A stretch of 64,000 nt of DNA from contig JALHYA010000017.1 of assembly GCA_022868165.1 (NCBI GenBank), forward strand, positions 11,634 through 75,633, read 5' to 3'. Positions within the stretch are counted from its first letter, which is position 1. Each line of letters starts with the position of its first letter. The stretch is from Patescibacteria group bacterium (lineage in GTDB: Bacteria > Patescibacteriota > Microgenomatia > UBA8517). The notes under the pieces were generated by a model. It saw only the letters and a program-made list of their open reading frames with translations. It was not told the origin of the DNA and ran no database searches. The position numbers were made by a program, and so were the translations under genes. Shown piece by piece: positions 1 through 9,451 of this stretch.

Positions 1-34
1 ATGAGAACTATTCTTCTCCAAAAGTCTGGGCTTG

Positions 35-1012
35 TCAATCCTTAAGCTCCCCTAGGTATTTGATGGCATCCATGGCCGCCATGCAGCCGAAGCCGGCTGC
101 CGTTACTGCTTGTTTATATTGATAGTCGTGCACATCTCCCGAAACAAATACGCCCTGCACGTTGGTTGCGGTTTTGTATCCGCCAATTTTCTCGTCCCAA
201 AATCTTTTGACATAACCTTTCTCGTCAAGCTCGATCTTTCCTCCAAAGATTTGTGTTGAAGGAACGTGTCCTATTGCTACAAAAAGTCCGTCGACAGGAA
301 ATTCGCTAGTTGAATTGTCATAATTGCTCTTGAGCTTCAATTTTTCCAATTTCTGCTCACCAATCACTTCTGTCACTTCCGTGTTCCATAAAATTTTAAT
401 CTTGGGATTTTCCTTCACTTTCTGCTGCATTGCGGCGCTAGCCCTAAATTCATCGCGCCTGTGGATAATCGTTACTTCAGTCGCGTATTTTGTAAGTGTC
501 ACTGCCTCTTCCATTGCCGAATCCCCTCCTCCAACAACAACCACTTTTTTATCTTTGAAGAAGGCCGCGTCGCAAGGGGCGCAAGAAGAAACCCCGCGAC
601 CGATAAGCTTTTTGAGTCCCGGAACATCCAACCATTTTGTCTCCGCACCTGTAGCAATAATTATTGATTTTCCCAGATAAACCTTTCCCGCTGCTATAAC
701 TTCAAAAGGTTTTTTGGAAAAATCAACGTCGGTTGCATTTTCCCCAAGAAATTCCGCCCCAAAACGCTCGGCCTGAGCCCGCATCTCCCCCATTAACTTG
801 GGTCCCAAAATTCCCTGAGGAAAACCGGGAAAGTTATCAACTGTTGTGGTCAGCATAAGCTGGCCTCCCCAGACTTCTCCGCCGATAATTAGCGTTGAAG
901 CGGCTCCTCTGGTTGTATAAATTGCGGAAGTAAGCGCTGCAGGACCCGAGCCTATGATTATTACATCCCAAGACTCGCCTTGTTGCGGCTTTTTTGCGAA
1001 GGTTTCTTTCAT
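35..1012 (-). CDS. trxB: thioredoxin-disulfide reductase
   Basis: 325-aa ORF. FAD motif IIIGSGPAALTSAIY, redox CxxC (SCAPCDAAFF), NADPH motif VVVVGGGDSAMEEA. Same operon as trxA. Confidence 0.9.
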   Translation of the reverse strand: MKETFAKKPQQGESWDVIIIGSGPAALTSAIYTTRGAASTLIIGGEVWGGQLMLTTTVDNFPGFPQGILGPKLMGEMRAQAERFGAEFLGENATDVDFSKKPFEVIAAGKVYLGKSIIIATGAETKWLDVPGLKKLIGRGVSSCAPCDAAFFKDKKVVVVGGGDSAMEEAVTLTKYATEVTIIHRRDEFRASAAMQQKVKENPKIKILWNTEVTEVIGEQKLEKLKLKSNYDNSTSEFPVDGLFVAIGHVPSTQIFGGKIELDEKGYVKRFWDEKIGGYKTATNVQGVFVSGDVHDYQYKQAVTAAGFGCMAAMDAIKYLGELKD

Positions 1013-1020
1013 GAACCTAT

Positions 1021-1263
1021 TTAAACTGTTCCCCCTGTACCACCAGTAGCTGGCGGTTCATTCACGGGTACTTGAGGCTCAGGAGCTCCTGCGGGAGGCG
1101 GTGTTGGTTCGCCAGGCGCCGGCGTAGGTTCCGGTGTTGTCGGTACTATTGGTTCCGGTGCCGGAGGCGGCGTTACTGGCGGCTCTGCCGGAGTAGGCAT
1201 GGGAGCCGGTGTGCCCATAGGCTGCGGCTGATCTGTTGGATTAGTCGGTTGTGTTGGTTCCAT
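1021..1263 (-). CDS. Pro/Thr-rich low-complexity protein (80 aa), function unknown
   Basis: ORF wedged between trxA and trxB. The trxA TGA is directly followed by its ATG (TGAATG), and its stop lies 8 nt before the trxB start. About 45% Pro, no signal peptide. It could be a compositional artefact of a GC-rich spacer. Confidence 0.45.
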   Translation of the reverse strand: MEPTQPTNPTDQPQPMGTPAPMPTPAEPPVTPPPAPEPIVPTTPEPTPAPGEPTPPPAGAPEPQVPVNEPPATGGTGGTV

Positions 1264-1602
1264 TCAAATCACCCCCTTTTTAATCAAATCTTCGAATGCT
1301 TGTTTTCCTGCAAATCCTACCTGCCTTCCCAACTCTTTTCCCTCTTTAAAAAGAATTGTTGTGGGAATGGACATAACGCCGAATTTTGTTGCCGTATTGG
1401 GATTCGCATCAACATCTAATTTTGCGATTCCCACTTTGTCATTATACTCACCGGATAGTTCTTCCAAAACCGGCTCGGCCATTTTGCACGGACCGCACCA
1501 TGAAGCCCAAAAATCAACCAAAACTGGAGTCTTTTTCTGAATAACCTTTGTCTCGAAATCCGAATCCGTTATATTAAATGTCGTCATGATTTGTCGTTTC
1601 AA
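1264..1602 (-). CDS. trxA: thioredoxin
   Basis: 112 aa with the canonical WASWCGPCK active site and thioredoxin-fold length. Confidence 0.92.
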   Translation of the reverse strand: MKRQIMTTFNITDSDFETKVIQKKTPVLVDFWASWCGPCKMAEPVLEELSGEYNDKVGIAKLDVDANPNTATKFGVMSIPTTILFKEGKELGRQVGFAGKQAFEDLIKKGVI

Positions 1603-1638
1603 TATACAGACTTAATATAGTTTAAGTCAACACTCTTT

Positions 1639-3615
1639 TCACAAACGCGTTCGCCTAAGGGTCAGTGCGTTGGCTACGACGATAAGCGATGAGGCACTCA
1701 TTAGGATGGCGCCGTATTCGGGGCGAAGCATTATACCCCAGGGGATAAATACTCCAGCTGCAGCCGGAATCGCCAATACGTTATATCCTGTTGCCCAAGC
1801 AAGATTTTGCTTCATCTTAGCATCTGTTTTTCGACTTAGAGCGATTACTTTGACAACATCCAGAGGGTTATTTTTTACTAATACTACTTCTGCGGACTCA
1901 ATGGCGACATCCGTTCCCGCTCCTATTGCGATACCAACATGGGCCTGCGTTAGACTTGGGGCATCGTTTACTCCATCCCCCACCATGCCGACGGTGTGGC
2001 CCATTGATTGAAGTTCTTTTACTTTATTTACCTTATCTTCTGGCAAAACCTCCGCAAAAACGGTATCTATTCCCAATCGTTCCCCCATCTCTTCTGCAAT
2101 CTCCTTTTTATCCCCCGTAAGCATCGCAATCTTTAATCCCATCCCATGAAGTCTATCAATTGCCTTTTTAGACTCCGGACGAACCTCATCTTCCAAAGTG
2201 ATATTGCCGATAAATTTTCCATCCTTCGTTACGGAAATATCTCTTCCTCCAACTTCTATCTTTGATTTTCCGACCATGCCTTCTATTCCCTTGCCTGGAT
2301 ACGATTTAAAATTTCTGACTTTTGGTATATCAATTCCTTTTTCCTTGGCTGCCATGACGATTGCCTTCGCAATCGGGTGCTGAGAATATATCTCAACCGC
2401 CGCGGCCAATCGCAAACACCCTTTGTTTGAAAACTTTGTTACTGCAAAATTTCCCGTTGTTAGCGTTCCGGTTTTGTCAAAAATTATGTAGTCCAGCTTT
2501 CTTGCAATTTCCAATCCCGCCATGTCGCGAATCAAAATCCCATTTCTGGCCGCCACAGCCGAAGTAATCGTTGTAACCGTCGGAATTGCCAATCCCAATG
2601 CGTGGGGACAGGTTATAACAATGACGGTGATGGCCAACGTTACTGCAAAAATCGCTCCGTGGGGATTGATAAAGAACCAATAAATAAAAGTTCCCGAGCC
2701 GACAACTATTGCGACAATTGTGAGTGCGTTTGCGGCTTTATCCGCAAGCTTTTGCACCGACGGCCTTGTTTCTTGAGCTTGACGAATAAGCTCCATTATT
2801 TGGGAGATAGCTGTTTCGCTTCCTGTTTTGGTTACTTTGACAGTCAAGGAGCCGTCATTATTAATAGTTCCGCCGATAACTTTATCGCCATTTTTCTTCC
2901 CTACGGGGCGGGATTCGCCGGTTATCATCCCCTCGTTTACCGAAGACTCTCCGTCTGTTACTACCCCATCGATAGGTATTTTCTCTCCGGGCCTTACCAG
3001 AACAGAATCCCCTACTTTGATTTCCCCGGTCGGGATGTCAACAACATCGCGACCGGACAATTTATGTGCCGCCGGAGGGATTAATTTAGCAAGTTCTCCG
3101 AGAGCATTGCCGGTCCCCAAAACAGCGCGCATCTCCATCCAATGCCCGAAAAGAAATGCCAAAACCAAAGTTGAAATTTCCCACCACAGCGATTCTCCCG
3201 TAAATAAAAATGTTGCGGCAACGGAAAAGAAATATCCCGAAATTACAGCGAGAGAAACCAGCGTCATCATGCCATAATTCTTGTTTCTTAATTCAACCAG
3301 CGCTTCTTTAAAGAATGGCCATCCGCCATAGAGGAAAATTATTGTTACAAGAAAAAATAATGATACATTATGATATGGAAGCGTCTTTTGAAATCCCAAC
3401 CATTGTTGGATTTTTGGAGAAAGAGCTAAAACGAGAATCGTTAGGGGCAGGGCAACAAAAAATCTTCTCTTAAAATCTTCCGCCATCATTGCGTGATGGT
3501 TCTCGTGACCCTTATGCTCCCCCACTTCTACAAGTGACATCCCGCATTTGGGACAAAAACCAGAAGCATCCTGTTTTACTTCAGGATGCATTGGACAAAG
3601 ATATTTATGTTCCAC
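1639..3615 (-). CDS. copper-translocating P1B-type ATPase (CPH motif) with N-terminal YxCPMHPEV...CPKCGM metal-binding module
   Basis: DKTGTLT phosphorylation motif, TGES-like [16 protein letters not shown] transmembrane metal site, GDGVNDAP hinge. The maximal ORF runs to 3723, but that would overlap the upstream gene by 119 nt. A GTG at 3615 ([11 protein letters not shown]) keeps the Cys motif and overlaps by only 11 nt. Confidence 0.9.
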   Translation of the reverse strand: MEHKYLCPMHPEVKQDASGFCPKCGMSLVEVGEHKGHENHHAMMAEDFKRRFFVALPLTILVLALSPKIQQWLGFQKTLPYHNVSLFFLVTIIFLYGGWPFFKEALVELRNKNYGMMTLVSLAVISGYFFSVAATFLFTGESLWWEISTLVLAFLFGHWMEMRAVLGTGNALGELAKLIPPAAHKLSGRDVVDIPTGEIKVGDSVLVRPGEKIPIDGVVTDGESSVNEGMITGESRPVGKKNGDKVIGGTINNDGSLTVKVTKTGSETAISQIMELIRQAQETRPSVQKLADKAANALTIVAIVVGSGTFIYWFFINPHGAIFAVTLAITVIVITCPHALGLAIPTVTTITSAVAARNGILIRDMAGLEIARKLDYIIFDKTGTLTTGNFAVTKFSNKGCLRLAAAVEIYSQHPIAKAIVMAAKEKGIDIPKVRNFKSYPGKGIEGMVGKSKIEVGGRDISVTKDGKFIGNITLEDEVRPESKKAIDRLHGMGLKIAMLTGDKKEIAEEMGERLGIDTVFAEVLPEDKVNKVKELQSMGHTVGMVGDGVNDAPSLTQAHVGIAIGAGTDVAIESAEVVLVKNNPLDVVKVIALSRKTDAKMKQNLAWATGYNVLAIPAAAGVFIPWGIMLRPEYGAILMSASSLIVVANALTLRRTRL

Positions 3616-4504
3616 AGCTTCCTCCGCCCACAGCGTTTTGAGGAAGCGGACCAACTTTCTTTGCAATACCAGAGGCTCCAGTGCCTGAAGAAAAATCTTT
3701 TCCCAGCATCTCTTTTGCGTCAACCTTATCCCAATCCAGATTCCTTGCGGTCTTCATGTAATAAGCATTTGTGATGTAAGTCTGGGAGAACCAAAAGGAA
3801 TTAAGCTCCAAAATATACTTGTAGATATCGTTTTCCGGAACGCCTTTTGAGACCAAAAGTTCAATCGCCGCCAAGGCTGCCATTCCGTGATTGCAGTCCG
3901 GAAACCAAGTGGGATTATCACAACAGGGTCTGTAAACCCCCTTGGCAATTCTGGCTACTTCATCCTGTTGCTCGACCGTGAGAGAAATCAAATCAAATTT
4001 ATTAAGATAATTTACTGCGTCCGACTTTGCCAAAGTCCAGCCTCCGGTTGAAGCAAAATTTCCTACCTCGGCCTTATAATCTGTGCCCAATGGTCCTTGG
4101 TCATAAACAATTGATTTTTGGGCAAGGCCCAAAGCCCAAAGAAAATCAACCACAAACTGGGAATTGGCAGCATCGATTTTTAGATTGTCGGATGAGCCTT
4201 CGGTTAATATCTTTCTTTGCTCCTCGGTCAGTTTAACGGCCTTTTCAAATTGGGCCATATCAATCACCCCGGCAGCAACGAGTTTGGGGCCGTAGTCGCC
4301 CCAGGAAACCGGCAAGGTAAAACCCTCTTTAGGAACAACTTTAGAGGAAATTTCGGCAATTGTTGCCAGTGCTTTAGCATCGCTCTTTGCTTTAACAATT
4401 ACTTGATACTTTTCTCTAAAAGTATTCATGTTCATTCCCAGGAGCAATCCCCCTACTCCCAAAACCAGGAAAGCGATTAGTATCAAAATATTTTTTCTAT
4501 TCAT
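3605..4504 (-). CDS. membrane-anchored Cys-cluster protein of unknown function (copper-locus accessory)
   Basis: 299 aa with an N-terminal TM helix. Carries the cluster [22 protein letters not shown] and a C-terminal GGGSCGT. 4-nt overlaps with both neighbours place it in the csoR-ATPase operon. Confidence 0.7.
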   Translation of the reverse strand: MNRKNILILIAFLVLGVGGLLLGMNMNTFREKYQVIVKAKSDAKALATIAEISSKVVPKEGFTLPVSWGDYGPKLVAAGVIDMAQFEKAVKLTEEQRKILTEGSSDNLKIDAANSQFVVDFLWALGLAQKSIVYDQGPLGTDYKAEVGNFASTGGWTLAKSDAVNYLNKFDLISLTVEQQDEVARIAKGVYRPCCDNPTWFPDCNHGMAALAAIELLVSKGVPENDIYKYILELNSFWFSQTYITNAYYMKTARNLDWDKVDAKEMLGKDFSSGTGASGIAKKVGPLPQNAVGGGSCGT

Positions 4505-5067
4505 GCGAAGTTAAGCAATATAAACAAGATTATTGATGCTAGTAATATGCTTCCGAGGCTGAAAAATATCCTTTGATAAGGGAAGTAAACTTTTCCGTTT
4601 CTTTTAATAAGAAAGTTGTCCAAAATATCGACAAGATAAAAAATTGCTCCGCCCAAAACCAGTCCGAAGGTTAATCTATCCAACCCCATTATTTTGCTTA
4701 GATGGGTATTAATTAGGAAAAATTTCAGATTTAGAACCGCCCAGTTGTTAAAAGCATAAAAAGACCATATGGTTAACCCAAAAATCACAACGTAAATGGC
4801 AGGCTTTATAAACTTCCGGATTTGCCCGGAAATTTTGGCGTCGTATTTCCGAAGAATGAATGTGCCAAACCAAAAGGCTATCGCCCCCAAAAATGCCGCC
4901 ATCCAAAGACCTGTTATTGCATCATCAACTCCCAAAAATCTGGCAACGGAAAGCCCTACTACCGCTCCCCCGACACACAACGGACAATGGGCGGAAACCA
5001 CCGGGGGCAATATCAAATAGACACCTGGCAATAGAAGCAAAATTGTGATCTTTAAGGAATTTTTCAT
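4501..5067 (-). CDS. polytopic membrane protein with N-terminal CPxC motif (HCPLCVGG...RFLGVDD)
   Basis: 188 aa, signal-like N-terminus and about 5 TM helices. Paralogue of 5924-6442, sharing C-P-x-C-x(7)-GL-x(2)-R-x-LGVDD. Confidence 0.7.
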   Translation of the reverse strand: MKNSLKITILLLLPGVYLILPPVVSAHCPLCVGGAVVGLSVARFLGVDDAITGLWMAAFLGAIAFWFGTFILRKYDAKISGQIRKFIKPAIYVVIFGLTIWSFYAFNNWAVLNLKFFLINTHLSKIMGLDRLTFGLVLGGAIFYLVDILDNFLIKRNGKVYFPYQRIFFSLGSILLASIILFILLNFA

Positions 5068-5567
5068 TGGACCACATCCCCATTGAAGGTCAGTTCTTTC
5101 ATCCCACCGTCAAAATAAAGCCAAACGCTTCTCTGAACCTGTCCCAAACCTGCCAAACCATGGGCAGCCGGATCGAACCTTACGGTAACTTTGACAGTTT
5201 CGCCGTTTTTAACTGCCAAACTAAGGGTTGGGTTCGCCACACCGCTCATTTCCATTCCATAAAACGAAGATCCTTTCCCGCCGATGGTAACCGATGCTGT
5301 GGTACACATGCAGGATGTGGTGATTTTAAAAAGCTTAATATCCTTACCGGAAGCATTTTTTATCTCATACTCTTTGGTAACCAATCCCCCAGAATAAGGT
5401 ACGTTGCCCAAATCGTAATTTTGAGGATTTGACTCAATACCCTCGACCGGATTTGTAGAAATTGCAGCCTCGGTTTTTTGTTTTGTCGTAACTAAAAAGG
5501 TTAATCCGACAACCAACAAAATTGTTACAATAAAGGCTCCAATAATAAATTTACTTTCTCTGCTCAT
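5064..5567 (-). CDS. DUF1573-like protein with SCMC motif
   Basis: 167 aa with an N-terminal TM anchor, then a beta-rich domain (YDLGNVPYSGGLVTKEYEIKNASGKDIKLFKITTSCMCTTA) typical of DUF1573. Confidence 0.65.
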   Translation of the reverse strand: MSRESKFIIGAFIVTILLVVGLTFLVTTKQKTEAAISTNPVEGIESNPQNYDLGNVPYSGGLVTKEYEIKNASGKDIKLFKITTSCMCTTASVTIGGKGSSFYGMEMSGVANPTLSLAVKNGETVKVTVRFDPAAHGLAGLGQVQRSVWLYFDGGMKELTFNGDVVQ

Positions 5568-5833
5568 TTGCTTTTGCTAAATACTTCCACTATTTCTTTG
5601 ACTATTTTCTCTTTTTCGCCGGCTGGTTCGTGGATATCGTGAAGGACACAGGAGTGAAGATGGCCATGAAGAATAATTTCATCAACCTTTTTAAGAGCAG
5701 CCTGAACTGCCTGCGATTGATGTATAACATCTAAACAGTACGCATCTTCATCAAACATCTTGCGTACCCTTTTCAGATGCCCCTCGGCAATTGCCAACCT
5801 TCTTAATGTTTGTCTCTTAACGGAAGCGTCCAT
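5564..5833 (-). CDS. csoR: CsoR/RcnR-family metal-sensing repressor
   Basis: 89 aa, DUF156 pattern RLAIAEGHLKRV. C-H-C ligand set (AYCLDV ... HGHLHSC). First gene of the copper operon. Confidence 0.88.
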   Translation of the reverse strand: MDASVKRQTLRRLAIAEGHLKRVRKMFDEDAYCLDVIHQSQAVQAALKKVDEIILHGHLHSCVLHDIHEPAGEKEKIVKEIVEVFSKSK

Positions 5834-5842
5834 ATGAAGTAG

Positions 5843-5861
5843 TATCCCCCCGGGGGGGATA
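5843..5861. promoter_or_regulatory. candidate CsoR operator (TATCCCCCC GGGGGGGATA palindrome)
   Basis: G/C-tract pseudo-palindrome flanked by AT(A), the general shape of described CsoR operators. Lies 10 nt upstream of the csoR ATG, between the divergent csoR operon and the 5924 gene. Confidence 0.7.
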
Positions 5862-5923
5862 TGCTGTCAAGAAGGTATTTTGTCCGTTGCGCCGAGATAG
5901 ACTTTTCCCATAGAATTCAATGT

Positions 5924-6442
5924 ATGAAGAAATTTCTAAAAGTCCTTTCTGTTTTTTCCCTATACTCTGTCCTCTCTATACTCTTCCCTTCTGTTACCTA
6001 CGCCGTCTGCCCCGTTTGCACAGTCGCAGTCGTGGCCGGGTTAGGACTTTCTAGGTGGTTGGGTGTTGACGATACCGTTTCGGGAATATGGATAGGCGGC
6101 GTCATTCTTTCTACCTCTTTCTTGTTTGCGAGCTGGCTAAAAAAGAAAAACATAACATTTCCGTACTTAACCGTTATTTCGGCCGCGATTATGTATGCTA
6201 TTGTTCTTCTTCCCTTACAGTTTGCCAAAATAATCGGTCATCCGTTGAATACCCTCTGGGGCGTTGATAAGCTAATTTTAGGCACCTTAATTGGTTCGGT
6301 CGTCTTTCTGACGGCGGTTTTTGCCGATAGAAAGGTCAGGGAAATCAAAGGAAAACAGCTTTTTATCTTCCAGAGAGTCATTTTTCCTGTTGGCGCACTT
6401 GCAATTATGTCTTTGGTGTTTTACTTTGTAACCAGACACTAA
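5924..6442 (+). CDS. polytopic membrane protein with N-terminal CPxC motif (VCPVCTVA...RWLGVDD), paralogue of 4501-5067
   Basis: The ORF opens at 5861, but MKKFLKVLSVF at 5924 gives a signal-peptide-like start outside the operator. Same motif and TM layout as 4501-5067. Confidence 0.7.
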   Translation: MKKFLKVLSVFSLYSVLSILFPSVTYAVCPVCTVAVVAGLGLSRWLGVDDTVSGIWIGGVILSTSFLFASWLKKKNITFPYLTVISAAIMYAIVLLPLQFAKIIGHPLNTLWGVDKLILGTLIGSVVFLTAVFADRKVREIKGKQLFIFQRVIFPVGALAIMSLVFYFVTRH

Positions 6443-6443
6443 T

Positions 6444-6983
6444 ATGGCAGATAAAGCTGACGTAAAAAAACTATTGGATAAGGTCGAATCCGTCACGAAG
6501 GAGAAAAAACTCGACCTCTCCTCCGACGAAGACCTCTCTATAGGAATAATGAACCTCATTTCAATTGAGGAGCACCTTTTCTTCACTTCTCAAAAAACCG
6601 GCAAACAAATGTATCTGGATCTACTTAATGAGGTTCGGCTGATGCGAACCGAACTCATGAGAAAAATCATCAAGGACTACGAAGGAGAGGTCTGGTGCAT
6701 AAGCAAGCATTTACTTGCGGCTTCGATGAGAATGATGGAAGTCGGCACCAAAGAACTTAAAAAGGGCAATAAAAACGAGGCTTGGGAATTATTCGATAAA
6801 GGATACAAGCTCTATTCGATGTTCTGGGGCATCAATCTTGGAGTAATCAAGATGGACAGCATCAAAAGAGGAGATACAGAGGTTAACTTGGTAGACGAAA
6901 AATTTAACCTCAAGGGCAAGGTTTCCCTTTGGGATAAGCTTGGAGTAATTGTCAAAAAAGCCATCGACTGCTGCAAAGAATAA
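6444..6983 (+). CDS. hypothetical helical protein ending in DCCKE
   Basis: 179 aa. Starts 1 nt after the stop of 5924-6442, so probably co-transcribed. C-terminal vicinal Cys pair. No recognisable family. Confidence 0.6.
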   Translation: MADKADVKKLLDKVESVTKEKKLDLSSDEDLSIGIMNLISIEEHLFFTSQKTGKQMYLDLLNEVRLMRTELMRKIIKDYEGEVWCISKHLLAASMRMMEVGTKELKKGNKNEAWELFDKGYKLYSMFWGINLGVIKMDSIKRGDTEVNLVDEKFNLKGKVSLWDKLGVIVKKAIDCCKE

Positions 6984-7005
6984 ATCTCCAAGGACAGGGA
7001 CTGCC

Positions 7006-7557
7006 CTATTCTACTGGGGTCAAAAGAAATAGATGAATAAATACTGTTTCTTCCTTATAAAAAATCGTTTCCTCCCCAAGGGTTAACGAAATATCTTCTC
7101 TACGGTCCAAAACTCTGTAGGCATATCTCCATTCTCCATTGTCCCCATCGGTCTCGGTGGGCATACAGGTTCTATCAAGTCTAGTCATGCCTCCCAGCCC
7201 TCTGATTTTCCATTTAAGGTAACCGGCTACATCTTTCTTTGTAATCCCCAGTTTTTCAAGTTGTTCCGCTGGGGCTACTCCTCCCGCATAAAGCCGAGTG
7301 AATTTTTTGCCATCTACCTCGACTACTTCCTGGCCACCACCGGTAATCTGAGCCAACCACTCATCATGATATACTCCCTCGGCCCCTTCATAATGGCTTG
7401 ATTCAAAGGAAAACCCTCCGCGGTCAACGGGTGTTCTAAGGTTGCGACCTGCATAACCAGAAGTTAGCCCTCTGGTCAAAATTTCTTTAATTTCTTTACT
7501 TATCACGACACCCGTAATATAGCACTCCGTTATGGTTAAAACAATTTTGTCCGCCAC
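7006..7557 (-). CDS. hypothetical protein (DUF5680-like pattern)
   Basis: 183 aa. YHDEWLAQITGGGQEVVEVDGKKFTRLYAGGV resembles, from memory, the Y-D-x-GG-E-V-V core of DUF5680. The assignment is weak. Confidence 0.5.
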   Translation of the reverse strand: MADKIVLTITECYITGVVISKEIKEILTRGLTSGYAGRNLRTPVDRGGFSFESSHYEGAEGVYHDEWLAQITGGGQEVVEVDGKKFTRLYAGGVAPAEQLEKLGITKKDVAGYLKWKIRGLGGMTRLDRTCMPTETDGDNGEWRYAYRVLDRREDISLTLGEETIFYKEETVFIHLFLLTPVE

Positions 7558-7609
7558 GAAGCTGGATCAGTATAAGGGGATGTGCGAGAAAAGCGTGCCC
7601 AGATATAAA

Positions 7610-8143
7610 TTACAGCAAAAATCCAAAAAGGAGAAGAATCCCCGCGTTTGCCGCCAGATATAAATTTGCTTGATTTTTATTTAGAACAATCGGAGTCTGT
7701 CTAAACCAATTTATCAGACCATTTGTCTCCATCAAATCCACAACCTCATCAACTATCAAATGCAGCATAAAAGCCAGCACTATTCCTCTGCCGAATACGC
7801 TTCCCGACGAGGTTACCACCAAAAAGGCAAAAACCAGGAAAATTATCTGGAAAAGGGCGGTGTGGAAAATAAGCTTTGTCCGCTCGTTTCTGGTCTCGGC
7901 AAGCAAACTTAGGCTCCCCCATAAATCGCGTTGCCCAATCATGTGATTAAATCTTTGGGAAACGTATTCCTGCGGCCTAAGAAAAAAGACATAAAGAAGA
8001 TGGTCCAAGTCCGGAAGCATGGTTCCAACCAATCCCCCAACCCAAAACGGCCAATATGAGAGAGTCGTCCAGCCGCGCATTAAAGAAACAAAAACAAAGA
8101 AGGAAACTAAAAAGGAAAAATGGATAAAAATCTCTTTCTTCAC
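7610..8143 (-). CDS. integral membrane protein with PDLDH motif, function unknown
   Basis: 177 aa with 4-5 hydrophobic helices. MLPDLDHLLY is reminiscent of membrane-bound metal-dependent hydrolases (DUF457/YdjM-like). Low functional confidence. Confidence 0.55.
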   Translation of the reverse strand: MKKEIFIHFSFLVSFFVFVSLMRGWTTLSYWPFWVGGLVGTMLPDLDHLLYVFFLRPQEYVSQRFNHMIGQRDLWGSLSLLAETRNERTKLIFHTALFQIIFLVFAFLVVTSSGSVFGRGIVLAFMLHLIVDEVVDLMETNGLINWFRQTPIVLNKNQANLYLAANAGILLLFGFLL

Positions 8144-8180
8144 AAACTAATTATGACATATTTGGATTTGAAGAAATCCA

Positions 8181-9158
8181 TTAGTCCGTAAATACTTGTA
8201 CAAACATTTTTCCGTAGAAGCCGTTGTCAATAAGGCCAATTCCGACTTTATGAAATCTCGGTTCCAAAATATTCGCCCTGTGGCCTTCGGAATTTATTAG
8301 TCCCGTCATTGCGGTTTCAACAGTGGGCGCCAGAGCTAAATTTTCTCCAGCAAAACTAAAGCTAATATGGGCCGCCGTGAGCCTATCCCCGACATCCTGT
8401 CCTTCCGGTGAATAATGTGAGAAATATTGCCTAACCCACATATCTTTTGCGTGTGCTCGGGCAACTTCGGTAATCGCAGGAGACCATGTCAGAGCAGCAA
8501 CTCCCCGACTTGTTCTCTCTTTATTTACCATAGCAAACATTTGCTCCTCACTTTGGCTATCGACCGAAAGATTCTGACTTCCAACAGTTAAAGGCACGGA
8601 TTCTTTGCTTCCGGGTTTAATCGTAAAGTAGGTTAAAGATTCATTGACCGCTCCTCCAAAAATCTCGTTTATTTTCTTTTCTACCCCCGAAGTTTCTTTA
8701 ATAATTAAGCCTCCGATTTTGGACTTGGACTCCGCTTCTTTAAGCTGGGGATTTACCGGAAGACCCAGAATAAAAGTCAGAATAAAGGCTATTAAGATTA
8801 GCCCCTCACCCAGCGCGGGCAAAATTGCCAGGTATTTTGAGTATTTGCTGTTCCAATACTTCTCCGGAAGCTTGGTTATAAGGTGCGCAAAAACATAACC
8901 CAAAAGGGCTTCGCTAAGTATCGCCGTAAGTAGAAAACCCAACGCGTTCGCTATTGAATGGGAAAGAGAAAAGTTGCTTTCCAGAATCCCCGCGGCAAAT
9001 TTATATCCCCGAAGGGAAATCAATAAGGAACCCAAAAAGGCTGCAAAGTCTGCCAAAAGCACCCAAATTCCGTGACGCCAAGCCTCGCTGATGAAGTAAA
9101 TAAGAACAAGGATAATAACCAGGTCAACCCAATTTCCGTGCAGAGCAGGAATCTTCAT
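8181..9158 (-). CDS. CvpA-like membrane domain fused to a CAP/SCP (YkwD-like) domain
   Basis: 325 aa. N-terminal 4-TM CvpA-like region. C-terminal CAP-domain pattern (VNKERTSRGVAALTW...AHAKDM...YFSHYSPEG...GENLA...SEGHRANIL). Confidence 0.7.
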   Translation of the reverse strand: MKIPALHGNWVDLVIILVLIYFISEAWRHGIWVLLADFAAFLGSLLISLRGYKFAAGILESNFSLSHSIANALGFLLTAILSEALLGYVFAHLITKLPEKYWNSKYSKYLAILPALGEGLILIAFILTFILGLPVNPQLKEAESKSKIGGLIIKETSGVEKKINEIFGGAVNESLTYFTIKPGSKESVPLTVGSQNLSVDSQSEEQMFAMVNKERTSRGVAALTWSPAITEVARAHAKDMWVRQYFSHYSPEGQDVGDRLTAAHISFSFAGENLALAPTVETAMTGLINSEGHRANILEPRFHKVGIGLIDNGFYGKMFVQVFTD

Positions 9159-9451
9159 TTCCTTTTGCTTTTAGCCTCTTTCTTGAGTTGGGTCAATTTC
9201 CAGATGAATAAAGCGGCTCTGTTTTTAACATTATTGGCGTCTTTGACAAAATTTTTGGCCGTCTCCAAAAGCCCCCGCGGGGTTTCTTTGGCCAATTTAA
9301 TATATAACGATTTATTCTTTAAATCCCCCAACTCTTCGGCCAGCTCGTAACCGTATTTCTGGAATTCATAGGAAATAAATTTGTCCTCGTCGTTGTCAAA
9401 CTTTTTTAGAACGTCGGCAACCGTAGAAAATCCCTTAAGATTATTTGGCAT
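9155..9451 (-). CDS. hypothetical protein (98 aa, Lys-rich C-terminus)
   Basis: ORF overlaps neighbours by 4 and 11 nt in operon fashion. No recognisable motif. Confidence 0.5.
   Translation of the reverse strand: MPNNLKGFSTVADVLKKFDNDEDKFISYEFQKYGYELAEELGDLKNKSLYIKLAKETPRGLLETAKNFVKDANNVKNRAALFIWKLTQLKKEAKSKRK

Noticed and set aside
324-3277. Numerous 60-160-aa ORFs antisense to or out of frame with trxB, the Pro-rich ORF and the P-type ATPase (for example 324-680, 1072-1419, 2602-3084, 2828-3277).
   Set aside because: They lie entirely inside long ORFs that have unambiguous catalytic motifs. Their products are low-complexity or Arg/Cys-rich mirror translations with no motifs.
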